Source of the DNA: a virus
Lineage: Duplodnaviria; Caudoviricetes
Length of the DNA stretch: 43,145 bases
IMG/VR virus record: IMGVR_UViG_3300032243_000398
Span: 1 to 43,145 of that record
Direction: 5' to 3' (one strand)
The translations under genes and the position numbers were made by a program. The notes beneath the pieces were generated by a model. That model was not told where the DNA came from, made no database searches, and worked only from the letters and a program-made list of their open reading frames with translations. Below, in pieces: positions 17,531 to 27,787 of this stretch. Every line of letters starts with the position of its first letter. Position 1 is the stretch's first letter.

Positions 17531-18941
17531 GGTTTTTTGGATGCAGCCTGCAGATACACAAATAGGCGATTGGCAAAAACAGATTACTGACTTAACAGGT
17601 AGTCCTAGTTTTTGTGTGTTGCCTTGGATACATCTAGCGACTCGACCAAACGGAGACATGCGTATTTGTTGTGTAGCTAATGCATCTGGTGCTGACACTG
17701 GAGACTATACTGTAGGGTTAGTTAAGATGGAGGATGGGGATCCAGCTAACTTTGCTCGAGATTTGCCTACAGAAGCATTTAATAATGACTATATGAAGTC
17801 AGTACGCAAGACTATGCTAGAAGGGAAGGTACCTGCCAGTTGTACCAAGTGCTTTAAGGAAGAGGAAGAGGGGATTGCTTCTAAACGCATTTGGGAAACA
17901 GGTTCTTGGCATCTACAAGAAAAAATAGATATTAAAGAATTGATTGCTGAAACAGAAGCAGATGGCACAGTTCCTTACAAATTGCAATACTTAGACCTTC
18001 GCTTAGGGCATACTTGCAATCTAAAATGTATTATGTGTAGTCCACACGATAGTTCGATGTGGGTCCCGGAACATAAAAAAGTATTTCCGATATTTCAAAG
18101 TCCATTAATTAAAAAACAAATGGATTGGAAGTCAGAATTGTTTAATAACAAATGGCACGAGAATCCTGCATTCTGGGAACAAGTCTATGACCAGATTCCT
18201 AATATCAAACAATTGTATTTTGCTGGCGGCGAACCCCTATTAATCAAAGAACACAAAATGTTCTTACAAGAAATTATTCGTAGAGGCTACGCTGATAAAA
18301 TTAGTCTACGCTACAATACAAATGGTATATTAGTCAATGATGAAATTATTGAAATATGGGAACAATTCAGAAAAGTTAAAGTCGGCATTAGTATTGACGG
18401 TACCGGTGAGCGTGTTCACTACATACGTTATCCTACTGATTGGGCCACTGTAGAAAAGAATCTATGGCGTCTAGAACAAACTAGTGACAAGATTCAGACC
18501 AACGTTGCATTTGCTGTACAAATTTTAAACATCAAACATGTCCCAGAATTTATTAAATGGAAAGTCAAGAGTGGGTTTAAGAAACTAAATTTTGATACTA
18601 ATGCCGCAGGCCAAGTTGCCGGCGGCGGCTTGGTCGGTGTACACCTGCTATGGATACCAACTTGGTTGAGTCTACGTGTGTTGCCTAAAGAAGATAAACT
18701 AGAGGTACGTGAGTTGTTTGCAGAACTACAAGATTGGTTGTGGAATAATTATACACAAGACGTAGAGTTCTGGGAAAAGAATCCATACGGATGGAAACGT
18801 TGGGAAGGAATCCTTGATTGGATGGATGCAGAAGATCATGTAAACTTACTGCCCGACTTTAAAGAATATATTACCACAATGGATGCACAACGTGGAACAG
18901 ATTTTAAATCGACGTTCCCTGAATTAGCACATTTAATATGA
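17523..18941 (+). CDS. Radical SAM protein with N-terminal twitch/SPASM-like domain
   Basis: N-terminal FCVLPW...ICC...CTKC, then CNLKCIMC, AGGEPL, NTNG and SIDG. Confidence 0.92.
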   Translation: MNKVFWMQPADTQIGDWQKQITDLTGSPSFCVLPWIHLATRPNGDMRICCVANASGADTGDYTVGLVKMEDGDPANFARDLPTEAFNNDYMKSVRKTMLEGKVPASCTKCFKEEEEGIASKRIWETGSWHLQEKIDIKELIAETEADGTVPYKLQYLDLRLGHTCNLKCIMCSPHDSSMWVPEHKKVFPIFQSPLIKKQMDWKSELFNNKWHENPAFWEQVYDQIPNIKQLYFAGGEPLLIKEHKMFLQEIIRRGYADKISLRYNTNGILVNDEIIEIWEQFRKVKVGISIDGTGERVHYIRYPTDWATVEKNLWRLEQTSDKIQTNVAFAVQILNIKHVPEFIKWKVKSGFKKLNFDTNAAGQVAGGGLVGVHLLWIPTWLSLRVLPKEDKLEVRELFAELQDWLWNNYTQDVEFWEKNPYGWKRWEGILDWMDAEDHVNLLPDFKEYITTMDAQRGTDFKSTFPELAHLI

Positions 18942-19975
18942 AACCGATTAAAATTGTATCAACGCAACAGTCTAACATCTTAGCAATACGATGGAATCCT
19001 AATAATGTTTGTAATTACAAATGTGAATATTGTTGGCCCGGTAGTAACACCGGAGACTATCGTTCTCCAGCAGATTTAGATCTTATAATTAAGAACTTCA
19101 ATCACATGATCGAACGTTACAGAACACAGTTAGGTAAAACTAAAATACATCTAAGCCTAGCAGGTGGTGAACCTACCCTATGGAAAGACCTTGCGCTGTT
19201 CATAGAAGCAATTAAAAAAGAGAACGATATCTATTTTAGCCTAATTAGTAACGGTTCAAGAACACTCAGATGGTGGAAGCAGTACGGACACTTAATAGAC
19301 AATGCTCATTTGTCGTATCACATATCACAAGCTGATCCAGATCATATGATCGCAGTAGCAGATACTCTTTTTGAACTTAATAAGAAAGTTACAGTAAAAG
19401 TTTTAATGGATAGGAAGCATTGGCAACAAGGGTTAGATGTTATTGAGTACATGAAAAAGAATAGCAAATACAAATGGATTCTTATGACCTGCGAAGTTAT
19501 TGAACCTGCTGTTTCAAATATTAGAGATATTCGAATTATTAATGCAGACGATATTCAATTGACAAAAGAACAAAAAGGGTTTTTGAAGAATCCGTTAAAG
19601 AGGATACCTAGTTTATTGTGGTTTTGGAAAAATAGAAAATTAATTTTTCAAGGACAAATAAGACTGTATGAAAGTATCGCTACTCTAGATAATGGAAAAA
19701 CTATAAAAGCCAAATCTAATACCTATATCAATAAGAACTGGACTAATTTTGAAGGGTGGAGTTGTGACATCGGGTTAGATAACGTTTTTATTAATTGGAC
19801 TGGGGAAGTACAAGGATCCTGTCAACAAAACATCTACGGACTGGATTACAATTTTAATATCTTAGATGAAAACTTTGTAGAAAAGTTTGATCCTGAATTT
19901 AAACCATCTATATGTTCTATTAAAAACTGCTTATGTTCTTGTGAAACACACCAATCAAAGTTTCAACTTAGTTAA
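18938..19975 (+). CDS. Radical SAM protein (paralog of 14844)
   Basis: CNYKCEYCWPGS, GGEPT, SNGSR, GWSCDIG and C....C.C motifs. Confidence 0.92.
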   Translation: MKPIKIVSTQQSNILAIRWNPNNVCNYKCEYCWPGSNTGDYRSPADLDLIIKNFNHMIERYRTQLGKTKIHLSLAGGEPTLWKDLALFIEAIKKENDIYFSLISNGSRTLRWWKQYGHLIDNAHLSYHISQADPDHMIAVADTLFELNKKVTVKVLMDRKHWQQGLDVIEYMKKNSKYKWILMTCEVIEPAVSNIRDIRIINADDIQLTKEQKGFLKNPLKRIPSLLWFWKNRKLIFQGQIRLYESIATLDNGKTIKAKSNTYINKNWTNFEGWSCDIGLDNVFINWTGEVQGSCQQNIYGLDYNFNILDENFVEKFDPEFKPSICSIKNCLCSCETHQSKFQLS

Positions 19976-20848
19976 CGGAATATCAGCAGCACAGGTACAC
20001 CAGTCTCTAGTACATATAATTGGTTCTGTAGGAACCGTAAAACTACCTGTATAGATATTACCTAAGCTACCGCCTACTCTGCATGTAGCGCGATGTACCT
20101 CACCATCCCAGTTAATCATTAAACTTTCGATACCTGCATTACAGGACCAGTCTTTAAATTGATTCTTATGAAGTTTGATAACATCATTGCTATGCATAAC
20201 TTCACGGTCGTCGATTCGACAGTTCGGTTTAACTGTAGCATCGTTATCCAGGATCCATTGTAAATCTTTCCCATCATATTTTAAATCATCAAATACATTA
20301 TGATCACCTTCGGTCCAACGTAATCTTCTAATAGCAAATTTAATACCTTTTTCTTTGAATTCTTTAACTACCTTACGAACACTATTCATGTGGGAGTGGT
20401 GCGCCATTACATTAACAAAGAAATCTCTTTCGGTACTATCATAGAATTCATTAATAACTTTTACGATACGTTCCCATTCATGTTCAAAATGTAAACTAAA
20501 CACCACATGATTAAAAAACATTTCATTGTTCAAATACCAACGCGATCCTCGTGTACCGTTCGTTGTTAGATTGACCCAGGAGATTCCTTTTCTTTTAAAA
20601 TACTCTAATAGATCTTCAATGTCTGGATGCACACATGGTTCGCCACCGGTTAAACTAATACGTAACGGCTTACCAATTTCGCATAATTTATCCACAGTAC
20701 GTTCTAATATATTGATGTCAGTATGCGGGCTAAAGTTATCGTGTATACTTGAAGGACAATACGTGCAATCGTAGTTACAACGCTTGCCAAGATTCCATTC
20801 TATTTTAATCTGATCTTGATGTGGCCACGCAGAAGTTACTTTATGCAT
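19955..20848 (-). CDS. Radical SAM protein with SPASM/twitch-like domain
   Basis: CNYDCTYC, TGGEP, TTNGTR, WSCNAG and CTRDWCTCAAD motifs. Confidence 0.92.
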   Translation of the reverse strand: MHKVTSAWPHQDQIKIEWNLGKRCNYDCTYCPSSIHDNFSPHTDINILERTVDKLCEIGKPLRISLTGGEPCVHPDIEDLLEYFKRKGISWVNLTTNGTRGSRWYLNNEMFFNHVVFSLHFEHEWERIVKVINEFYDSTERDFFVNVMAHHSHMNSVRKVVKEFKEKGIKFAIRRLRWTEGDHNVFDDLKYDGKDLQWILDNDATVKPNCRIDDREVMHSNDVIKLHKNQFKDWSCNAGIESLMINWDGEVHRATCRVGGSLGNIYTGSFTVPTEPIICTRDWCTCAADIPLTKLKL

Positions 20849-22097
20849 AATTTTTAAACTCTGGAGTTACATCAAAAAAACTTTGACTACGTGATTTATC
20901 TAATCTGCGATTAAATTCTATACAATCCTGCCACTTTTCACTTTGGTCACGTTGTAGATAGTTGATATTATCTTGTATCTGTCCTAATGTATATTCTAAA
21001 AGTTGTGGATGCTGTTTGACCATTTTAAAATCTTTTACACGCAGGCTAACATCCTGTAACTTTTTAATTGCTGACTCGCGTAGTTCAGTTGGCAATACCT
21101 GCGCCGACAAGAGTTTAGGATATTCAACTCGATGTGTATGAAATACAATTCCTAAATTATCTAGAAAATATTCAATTATCTTATCTAGAATAAGAACATT
21201 GCTAACTTGTACTGTAACAGCACCTACTATACGACTAATATTGGGGATAGTTTGTATTTGTTTAATGTTATTAATTAATTCTGACCACGATGCATTACCA
21301 CGGATATATTCATAACTGCTTCCAAGGCCGTCTATGCTTACATTAACAGCTATGCTTTTAAACTTAGGCCAGTACTCCCAAACAGTACGATTACTTTTAC
21401 CTAACATACTTAGATTAGTAGCGTACTTAATTTCAATTTGATGCCCATACGGAGCAAGCATATCTAATATACGATAATGCTGTGGATCCATTAACGGCTC
21501 ACCGCCAGCAAACTCCACACGACGGAAGTGCGGAAGCAATTTTTCTAAACTAGCCCACCATTCTGGATTATCTTGAAACTTATCTAAATGCGGTTTATTT
21601 TCTAAATCGTGTTGTTCTACAATAGCATACATGATGTTGCCTTCTGCTTTGTAAAAGTCTTTTACTTCGCTCCAGTCATTCCAGGCGGTACTGTCCATGG
21701 GATGACACATACGACATTTGAGATTACACAAGTTGTTGAGTTTAAGTTCCATAGTGGGAATCTCAAACGGCATGGTAAAATCGTGACGCATTTTTGTTAA
21801 TGCATCTGGATACAAATTAATTCGAGCCTCTGGGATCTTGCCAGCAATGTGACGCTGACGTAAACTTTCCACTCCTTGATCTTCTAGACTAAAGCAAGGC
21901 TCACATTCTTTAGGTCGTTCTCCTATCAACACCTGCCTACGGATACGAGTCATTACCTCACTATTCCAGTGATACTCCAATGGGGCGTCTTGTATAAAGC
22001 CAATAGGATGACTGCGACAACAAGCACAGATCGCACCGTCTTCTCTAGTTGCTAACCCGGTAAATGGGTGCATACAAAATGTCTTACTATGTTGCAT
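20841..22097 (-). CDS. Radical SAM protein with N-terminal twitch-like domain (paralog of 17523)
   Basis: FCMHPF...CACC...CEPC, then CNLKCRMC, AGGEPL and SIDG; start moved to ATG 22097. Confidence 0.92.
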   Translation of the reverse strand: MQHSKTFCMHPFTGLATREDGAICACCRSHPIGFIQDAPLEYHWNSEVMTRIRRQVLIGERPKECEPCFSLEDQGVESLRQRHIAGKIPEARINLYPDALTKMRHDFTMPFEIPTMELKLNNLCNLKCRMCHPMDSTAWNDWSEVKDFYKAEGNIMYAIVEQHDLENKPHLDKFQDNPEWWASLEKLLPHFRRVEFAGGEPLMDPQHYRILDMLAPYGHQIEIKYATNLSMLGKSNRTVWEYWPKFKSIAVNVSIDGLGSSYEYIRGNASWSELINNIKQIQTIPNISRIVGAVTVQVSNVLILDKIIEYFLDNLGIVFHTHRVEYPKLLSAQVLPTELRESAIKKLQDVSLRVKDFKMVKQHPQLLEYTLGQIQDNINYLQRDQSEKWQDCIEFNRRLDKSRSQSFFDVTPEFKNYA

Positions 22098-22710
22098 TGA
22101 GTATCTCATATAAACTGTTGGCGGCGTCCTCATGACTTTTCGGTCCAGGATGACTCTTGTCTAGTGCTTTATCAATCCTTGGCAAAATATTTTGAGAAAT
22201 AAAATGTTCAGGAAACGCAGTAAAGTTAGGCATTGTATTAAAAAATTCTCGATAAGCACAAAAATGATATTGTTTTACTTTTTTGGTTTTTAAAAAACAC
22301 TCGGCATGGTGTATATATAATCCTGCTCTAACAGATAAATCGTAATCATTATGAACAGAAAACCATTTTTTAATGAAATTTTTCTCGCCAATCCACGGAC
22401 TTACTTTAAAAGAAATGTCTTTTCCTAGGAAGTTTTTCTTAAAAATATAATCTCGGACTGTATAAGTCCATCCAATAATTATGATATCTGTTGATAATAT
22501 ATCTGTTGAACGTAACACATCTCTTAATATTTCTATGTTGCTGTGTCCGGGTTTTGCTCTATTAATTACTTCGATACCTAATTTATCTCCTAGTAATTGA
22601 GGCCAGGATATCTTGCTACAATTAGGCCCGGCTAAGTCAGGAGGAATATGGCAATCGACCAATCCATGTCCATATGTAAAGCTGTCACCAAATGTTATCA
22701 ATCTATTCAT
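22087..22710 (-). CDS. SGNH/GDSL hydrolase-like protein
   Basis: FGDSFTYGHG, N.A.PG.SN and D.SHPG motifs. Confidence 0.75.
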   Translation of the reverse strand: MNRLITFGDSFTYGHGLVDCHIPPDLAGPNCSKISWPQLLGDKLGIEVINRAKPGHSNIEILRDVLRSTDILSTDIIIIGWTYTVRDYIFKKNFLGKDISFKVSPWIGEKNFIKKWFSVHNDYDLSVRAGLYIHHAECFLKTKKVKQYHFCAYREFFNTMPNFTAFPEHFISQNILPRIDKALDKSHPGPKSHEDAANSLYEILNAT

Positions 22711-23554
22711 TCTCTAAATACCTTATCAGCGGACTCACCCCAACAGGATGTCCGTTACGTAAAGCTAGATAGATACTGTTAGTAGGCATTAAATTGAAAT
22801 CGTAACATATCTTATAATAATTTCGTCCATGTGCATTCCACAAGTAGTCAGGTTTTAGATTGCGAATAAAATGTAATCCGATCATCACTAACGCACGATT
22901 ATTCATGTTAAAGTCGTTCATTATTGTAATACTATCGGGTCTACCATTTTTGGTCCAGCGTAGTCCTATACGATTCCACCCAAGCCCACATCCTTTAGAA
23001 AGACTGATACCAACGGATCTAATACAATCATTGCTGAAGTCAAACTTAATATCGCGACAGCAACTGATCCAAGCACCGTCGATATGGACTTCAATATTTT
23101 TAATTTTACACTCATGTAAAATTTCCTCCATGTCTTGGTGTGGAGCACCAATGCTAGGAAACGGCATTGCTATAATTAAAGGAATATTTGGAATTAGCGA
23201 GCCCACATCTTTAACATACGCTAATCCTAATCGTTCGTGGTATCTGTAGTCTCCGCGAATTACTTGAATTGGTCCTTGCGTATAAAGGTTATCAATAAAT
23301 TGAGTACACCCGTTTATAATGTCAACACGATCGAACTTATCAAAGCCTGTTAAAGAATTTAGTTTACTATTAAAAATCCAATTAGTTGTTTCTATTTTAA
23401 AGTTGATATACACCGCATCGGTAATATCAGAGTCCAATTTTCCAGTCATTACATCCTGTATTAACTGTTCAATTTTTAAATCAGACAACGGACTAGGACG
23501 GTCTATTTCAAGATAGTCAATTGAATATTCGGGTGCAATTCGCATACGGTCCAT
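22703..23554 (-). CDS. PLP-dependent enzyme (aminotransferase class I/II-like, compact)
   Basis: HIDGAW and SLSKGCGLGWNRIG (PLP-lysine motif S.SK...G.RIG); start moved to ATG 23554. Confidence 0.68.
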   Translation of the reverse strand: MDRMRIAPEYSIDYLEIDRPSPLSDLKIEQLIQDVMTGKLDSDITDAVYINFKIETTNWIFNSKLNSLTGFDKFDRVDIINGCTQFIDNLYTQGPIQVIRGDYRYHERLGLAYVKDVGSLIPNIPLIIAMPFPSIGAPHQDMEEILHECKIKNIEVHIDGAWISCCRDIKFDFSNDCIRSVGISLSKGCGLGWNRIGLRWTKNGRPDSITIMNDFNMNNRALVMIGLHFIRNLKPDYLWNAHGRNYYKICYDFNLMPTNSIYLALRNGHPVGVSPLIRYLENE

Positions 23555-23596
23555 GAAATATTTAACCTTATTAAGTACGCACATAAATATTTCATG
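23552..23596. promoter_or_regulatory. Back-to-back TAAATA promoters forming a perfect 13-bp inverted repeat
   Basis: CATGAAATATTTA (23552-23564) and TAAATATTTCATG (23584-23596); each arm is TAAATA-TTTC-ATG of a divergent gene. Confidence 0.8.
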
Positions 23597-24259
23597 CTGA
23601 CTTCTACTAATTATACAGTAAATCCAAACTTGTTTCAAGAGGTTTTAACACAACTTCCTGAAGGTGGAATGAAAACGTCTATTAACCAGCCTACAGGAAA
23701 TTTCTTCTATGATCCTTGGGTATTAAAGGACGAGTATAAAGACACAGTTTGGGAAATACTTTATAATTCATTACCTGTCAGTAAAGGTGAAGCTAGAATT
23801 ATTGTTTTAGATCCGGGTCAGGCTTATCAACGTCATGCAGATATTGATGATAGATACCATATTAATATTCAAGGAGATGAATGTTTCTTGATTGATCTGG
23901 TTAGTGAGCAGATGCATAGATTAAAACAAGACGGTATATGGTACGATATGGATGCTGGATATCATCATACTGCTGCTAACTTTGGTAGACGTTATAGAAT
24001 ACAGTTAGTGATCAGAAAGCTATTGAAAAAAAATAAATTAGTTAACCCTGTTAAAGTAGTATTAACTACATCTATGTCAAATGCAGATCATGCTAGATAT
24101 GTGTTTGACAATACCGTTAGTACCTGGCTCAACAAAGCAAACAAATTAGGTTACATAACTAATTTTTCTTATTCATCTCCGTTTGTAAAATTTGATATAG
24201 AACAAGACAAGTTAGAGTCTTTAAAAAATATCTTGCCGGAAGAATTTAAAATTTTATGA
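23594..24259 (+). CDS. Aspartyl/asparaginyl beta-hydroxylase-like (cupin) oxygenase with extra C-terminal domain
   Basis: HADIDDRYH, MDAG..HTAANFG...R..LV motifs. Confidence 0.72.
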   Translation: MLTSTNYTVNPNLFQEVLTQLPEGGMKTSINQPTGNFFYDPWVLKDEYKDTVWEILYNSLPVSKGEARIIVLDPGQAYQRHADIDDRYHINIQGDECFLIDLVSEQMHRLKQDGIWYDMDAGYHHTAANFGRRYRIQLVIRKLLKKNKLVNPVKVVLTTSMSNADHARYVFDNTVSTWLNKANKLGYITNFSYSSPFVKFDIEQDKLESLKNILPEEFKIL

Positions 24260-25800
24260 ACCATGTATTGTTCTTTTCATTAACAGGCAAACGATGGGAA
24301 AGAATCCTGTGGACACATCGCGTGGCCACATACCTGCGAATGAATGACTGGGATGCTGAAGTTGTAGACTTTACTGCGTTTTGGCAATTAGAAGAACTAC
24401 AGGAACTTGTACGTTCACGAGCTACAGACAACACAGTTATGTTTTGTTTTGGAACCGCATTTTTAAATCCGTGGAGTCCTTACCTAAACGAATTTATTGC
24501 ATGGCTAAAGAAAGAATATCCTACTATCCCTGTTGTGGTAGGCGGTAACAATGCGCTGGTTACTCCTGCAGAAGGAGTAGACTATTGGGTAGACAGCTAT
24601 GGTGAGAACGCAGTTCTAGCCTTATGCCAACATCTTATTGGAACATTAGGTGCACCGTTACTGACCGATTCTGCGTTCTTTGGCAGTAAGAAAGTTATTA
24701 GAGGGTTACATCACTATCCTAGTGCGCCATTAGATAGCTACTTAGTGGATTATGAAGATCGAGACTTTATGATGCCTTGGGAATGTCCACAGATTGAAAC
24801 TGCTCGCGGGTGTATGTTTAGTTGCAGTTATTGTAACTTTCCTATTATTGGCCAGGCCAAGGACGTGAGCGTTAGTAAAGAACAATTCAAACTACAAATG
24901 CAAACAGGATTTGAAAAGTGGGGCATTAAGAATTGGCGTGTCATGGATGAAACATTTAATGATCGTCCGGAGAAACTACAGAAGTATGCCGACGCTGTGG
25001 ATGAACTAGACTATAATCCTTGGATATGTGGTTTTGCTCGCGGAGACTTGGTAGTCAAGCATCGTGAACATTGGGATACCTATATTAGATTAGGCTTCCT
25101 TGGGCATAGTATGGGCATTGAAACTTTTAATCATGAAGCAGGTAAACTTGTTCGTAAAGGTATGGATCCAGAGAAGTTACAAGAAGGGTTATTAGCCTTT
25201 CAAGAATACACAGATATACATGCCCCCAACCGATACAGAGCAAACATACAGATGATTTGCGGTATACCAGGCGAAAGTGTTGAGTCTTGGCACACATCAT
25301 TACAGTGGCTTAATACGAATTGGACTAGACAAAGTGCGTCTGCACACATATTAGAAGTACCAGACTACGATGAAACACTTACTAATCAAAGTCGATTTAC
25401 TAAAGAACTTGTTAGCAACGGGTTAGTTAAATTAGAAGCCAGACAGAATCCCGGATATGAAGTATCTAAGGACAGCAGTGGCAATGTTATATTCAAATCC
25501 ACAACACCAAGAGGCGGAGGTGTTGGCAGTACTAGAAATGATGTAGTTATTTGGCAGCATCGTACTATGGATTGGTATCAAGCAGAGTCTTTAGTACAAG
25601 AATTTTATTCTGATGCAGGATTCGCTGGCCTTAGAGGATGCAATCCCTTTCTATCAGATAGACTATTTGCTTATTACGAAACAAATTCTTATGAAGAAAT
25701 ATATAATCGCAAGGTGTCTGAAATAGATACTTCAGATCAGAAGTTTAAGGATCAGATTCAAAGCTATATTAATAAAAAATTAAATTGGATTACACAATGA
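24256..25800 (+). CDS. Cobalamin-binding-domain (class B-like) radical SAM protein
   Basis: N-terminal VVVGG...D.....YGE region, then ETARGCMFSCSYC, DETFN, GIETF and G.PGES.E motifs. Confidence 0.85.
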   Translation: MNHVLFFSLTGKRWERILWTHRVATYLRMNDWDAEVVDFTAFWQLEELQELVRSRATDNTVMFCFGTAFLNPWSPYLNEFIAWLKKEYPTIPVVVGGNNALVTPAEGVDYWVDSYGENAVLALCQHLIGTLGAPLLTDSAFFGSKKVIRGLHHYPSAPLDSYLVDYEDRDFMMPWECPQIETARGCMFSCSYCNFPIIGQAKDVSVSKEQFKLQMQTGFEKWGIKNWRVMDETFNDRPEKLQKYADAVDELDYNPWICGFARGDLVVKHREHWDTYIRLGFLGHSMGIETFNHEAGKLVRKGMDPEKLQEGLLAFQEYTDIHAPNRYRANIQMICGIPGESVESWHTSLQWLNTNWTRQSASAHILEVPDYDETLTNQSRFTKELVSNGLVKLEARQNPGYEVSKDSSGNVIFKSTTPRGGGVGSTRNDVVIWQHRTMDWYQAESLVQEFYSDAGFAGLRGCNPFLSDRLFAYYETNSYEEIYNRKVSEIDTSDQKFKDQIQSYINKKLNWITQ

Positions 25801-26492
25801 CAGACATTAACAACTGGGGATATTACCATAAATTAAATCCTAATGGGACTCCTTATCCTTCAAATTTATTATATACTCCTAGAGTCAACCCTGAACAAAC
25901 AGTAATGTGTGCTCATTACTGTATTGATCCGGACTACAGACCTAGAGAAACAATCCTTGTACCGCAAGATTTAGTAGATTGGTTCTTTAAAAGAGATATT
26001 AAATTTCTAACAGAGTTATCACATCTTAAAACAACACCAATATTATACGATGTGGATCATGAAAACAGAAAAATCTTTATGGAATGGAACAAGGAAACAC
26101 TGTCACAAGTATTGTTTACTCCTGACAGAGATTTAGATACAGAATTTCCTAACTGGAAAGAACAAATGAAGGACTTTTTTATTTCTACAAAGGCAAATAA
26201 CTTTTGGAAAGTATCTCTGTATCCTAATTGTTTCTTTATATCAAAAGACGGACAGTTAAAGACCATAGACAACTATGCTGTAATTCCTTATGAAGAACGA
26301 TTCATAGAAAGAAAAATAATTGAAGGTATTATAGGCAAGGACGGTGCATATCGTTTTGATCAATCAACTGACGAGAATGGTTTTATTGATTTTAAAAAGT
26401 TCTTTGAAATTACAATAACAACACATTTGAAAGAAAGGTCTTGGGGTAATACGGTATTCTCAGATATATTTGACGAAGTTTATAATGATTAA
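25785..26492 (+). CDS. Protein-kinase-like fold protein with degenerate catalytic motifs
   Basis: F.RDI.FL..L, P.L.DVD...KIFMEW and KVSLYPNCFFI..DG.LKTID pattern resembling kinase subdomains III-VII. Confidence 0.55.
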   Translation: MDYTMTDINNWGYYHKLNPNGTPYPSNLLYTPRVNPEQTVMCAHYCIDPDYRPRETILVPQDLVDWFFKRDIKFLTELSHLKTTPILYDVDHENRKIFMEWNKETLSQVLFTPDRDLDTEFPNWKEQMKDFFISTKANNFWKVSLYPNCFFISKDGQLKTIDNYAVIPYEERFIERKIIEGIIGKDGAYRFDQSTDENGFIDFKKFFEITITTHLKERSWGNTVFSDIFDEVYND

Positions 26493-26976
26493 TTGGAATA
26501 CGATTATTAATAATCTATCAAACGGGTATGTAGTTACTGTTGATCCTGAACGGTGGAATATGAACAATCCAGAATATCAAAAAATATTAAAGTTATGGAA
26601 AGATAATAACTTTAATACCGATAGTGTTAAATGGACCAACTACTATGATACTAAAGATCTTGAAAACCAAATTGCAGAACAAGTAGGTATTACTTCCTTA
26701 CGTAGTTGGATTAGTTGCGTAGAACCCGGATACATGACTGGGTATCACTACGACATTGATGATAATGAGGAAGAATACTTAGCACACGGTGAGATAAAAA
26801 GATACTCTGTGTTTATAAATGAACCTAGTGTAGGGCAGCTATTCATATTAGGCAATGAATATCATTATAATAAAGTTCAAGGAACAATTCTACAGTGGCA
26901 TAGTCACAGAGACTGGCATAACGGTATTAATGGCAGTCTCTCTAACAAATACATGTTCCATTTGTTAGGGTATTAA
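26485..26976 (+). CDS. Small cupin / 2OG-Fe(II) oxygenase-like protein
   Basis: PG.MTGYHYD and WHNGIN....K..FH motifs; start ATG 26485. Confidence 0.7.
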   Translation: MINWNTIINNLSNGYVVTVDPERWNMNNPEYQKILKLWKDNNFNTDSVKWTNYYDTKDLENQIAEQVGITSLRSWISCVEPGYMTGYHYDIDDNEEEYLAHGEIKRYSVFINEPSVGQLFILGNEYHYNKVQGTILQWHSHRDWHNGINGSLSNKYMFHLLGY

Positions 26977-27787
26977 TTACGGTATTTGCAAATCTTTGAT
27001 GAGATAGTTCCCCTGGATGATTATCTCTTCCATAGTCAACAATATTAAATCTAAGCATATCTGTATTGAATGCAGTATTAATTAAATCAATAGTTTCAGC
27101 TTCCCACGAAGAAAGCACCAACTTAATCTTTTTTGATTTTGCAATATCTATCATCCAGTGTATCGCATCGATAGATTGAGATAACAAAAATTGATTACTA
27201 AAATCTTTTAAGATATCTTTACGTACAACTTCTAAATTTGGCAAATCTGTTTCATGTCCTAGCAAAATTGAATGCAAATGATTATCTATATCTACGTAAT
27301 GACATCTTGTATATGGCGGTAAATTAATTACAGCAGTTTCTATATCCCATATCTTTGTTGCTGCTGAAAATATCAATGCAGTTCTATGGATGTTTGATCC
27401 AGGAATTCCTAAGTTCAAATATTTTTTATTAAAATGTTTGGATACTAAGTGAGGATAAATGTCTTCAGTTGGTAATCCTTGACCAAAAGTAATACTACAT
27501 CCAAAGAATGCAAACACATTTTTTTCTGTGGTGTTAGGATACTCACCTCTAAAGCCCATCTCATTTATAAAATAACTAAAATCTTTTGGCCAGTTTTTCT
27601 TAGAATTTTCTTCTTCGCCTATGGAAATATATTTGACATGGCCGAATTTACTATATTTGTCTGTATATTCATTATTAATTATATATTGAAGACCGCCAAA
27701 CTGAATCATGTCTGCCGGTGAACTAACGAGAGCTGAACTTTTAGTTTTTGCAAATGTTAATAGTTTAGGATCTATAGTATTAGTCAT
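26942..27787 (-). CDS. SGNH hydrolase-like protein
   Basis: N..GFRG, FGCSITFGQGL, NLGIPGS and DNHPG motifs. Confidence 0.72.
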   Translation of the reverse strand: MTNTIDPKLLTFAKTKSSALVSSPADMIQFGGLQYIINNEYTDKYSKFGHVKYISIGEEENSKKNWPKDFSYFINEMGFRGEYPNTTEKNVFAFFGCSITFGQGLPTEDIYPHLVSKHFNKKYLNLGIPGSNIHRTALIFSAATKIWDIETAVINLPPYTRCHYVDIDNHLHSILLGHETDLPNLEVVRKDILKDFSNQFLLSQSIDAIHWMIDIAKSKKIKLVLSSWEAETIDLINTAFNTDMLRFNIVDYGRDNHPGELSHQRFANTVINTLTNGTCIC

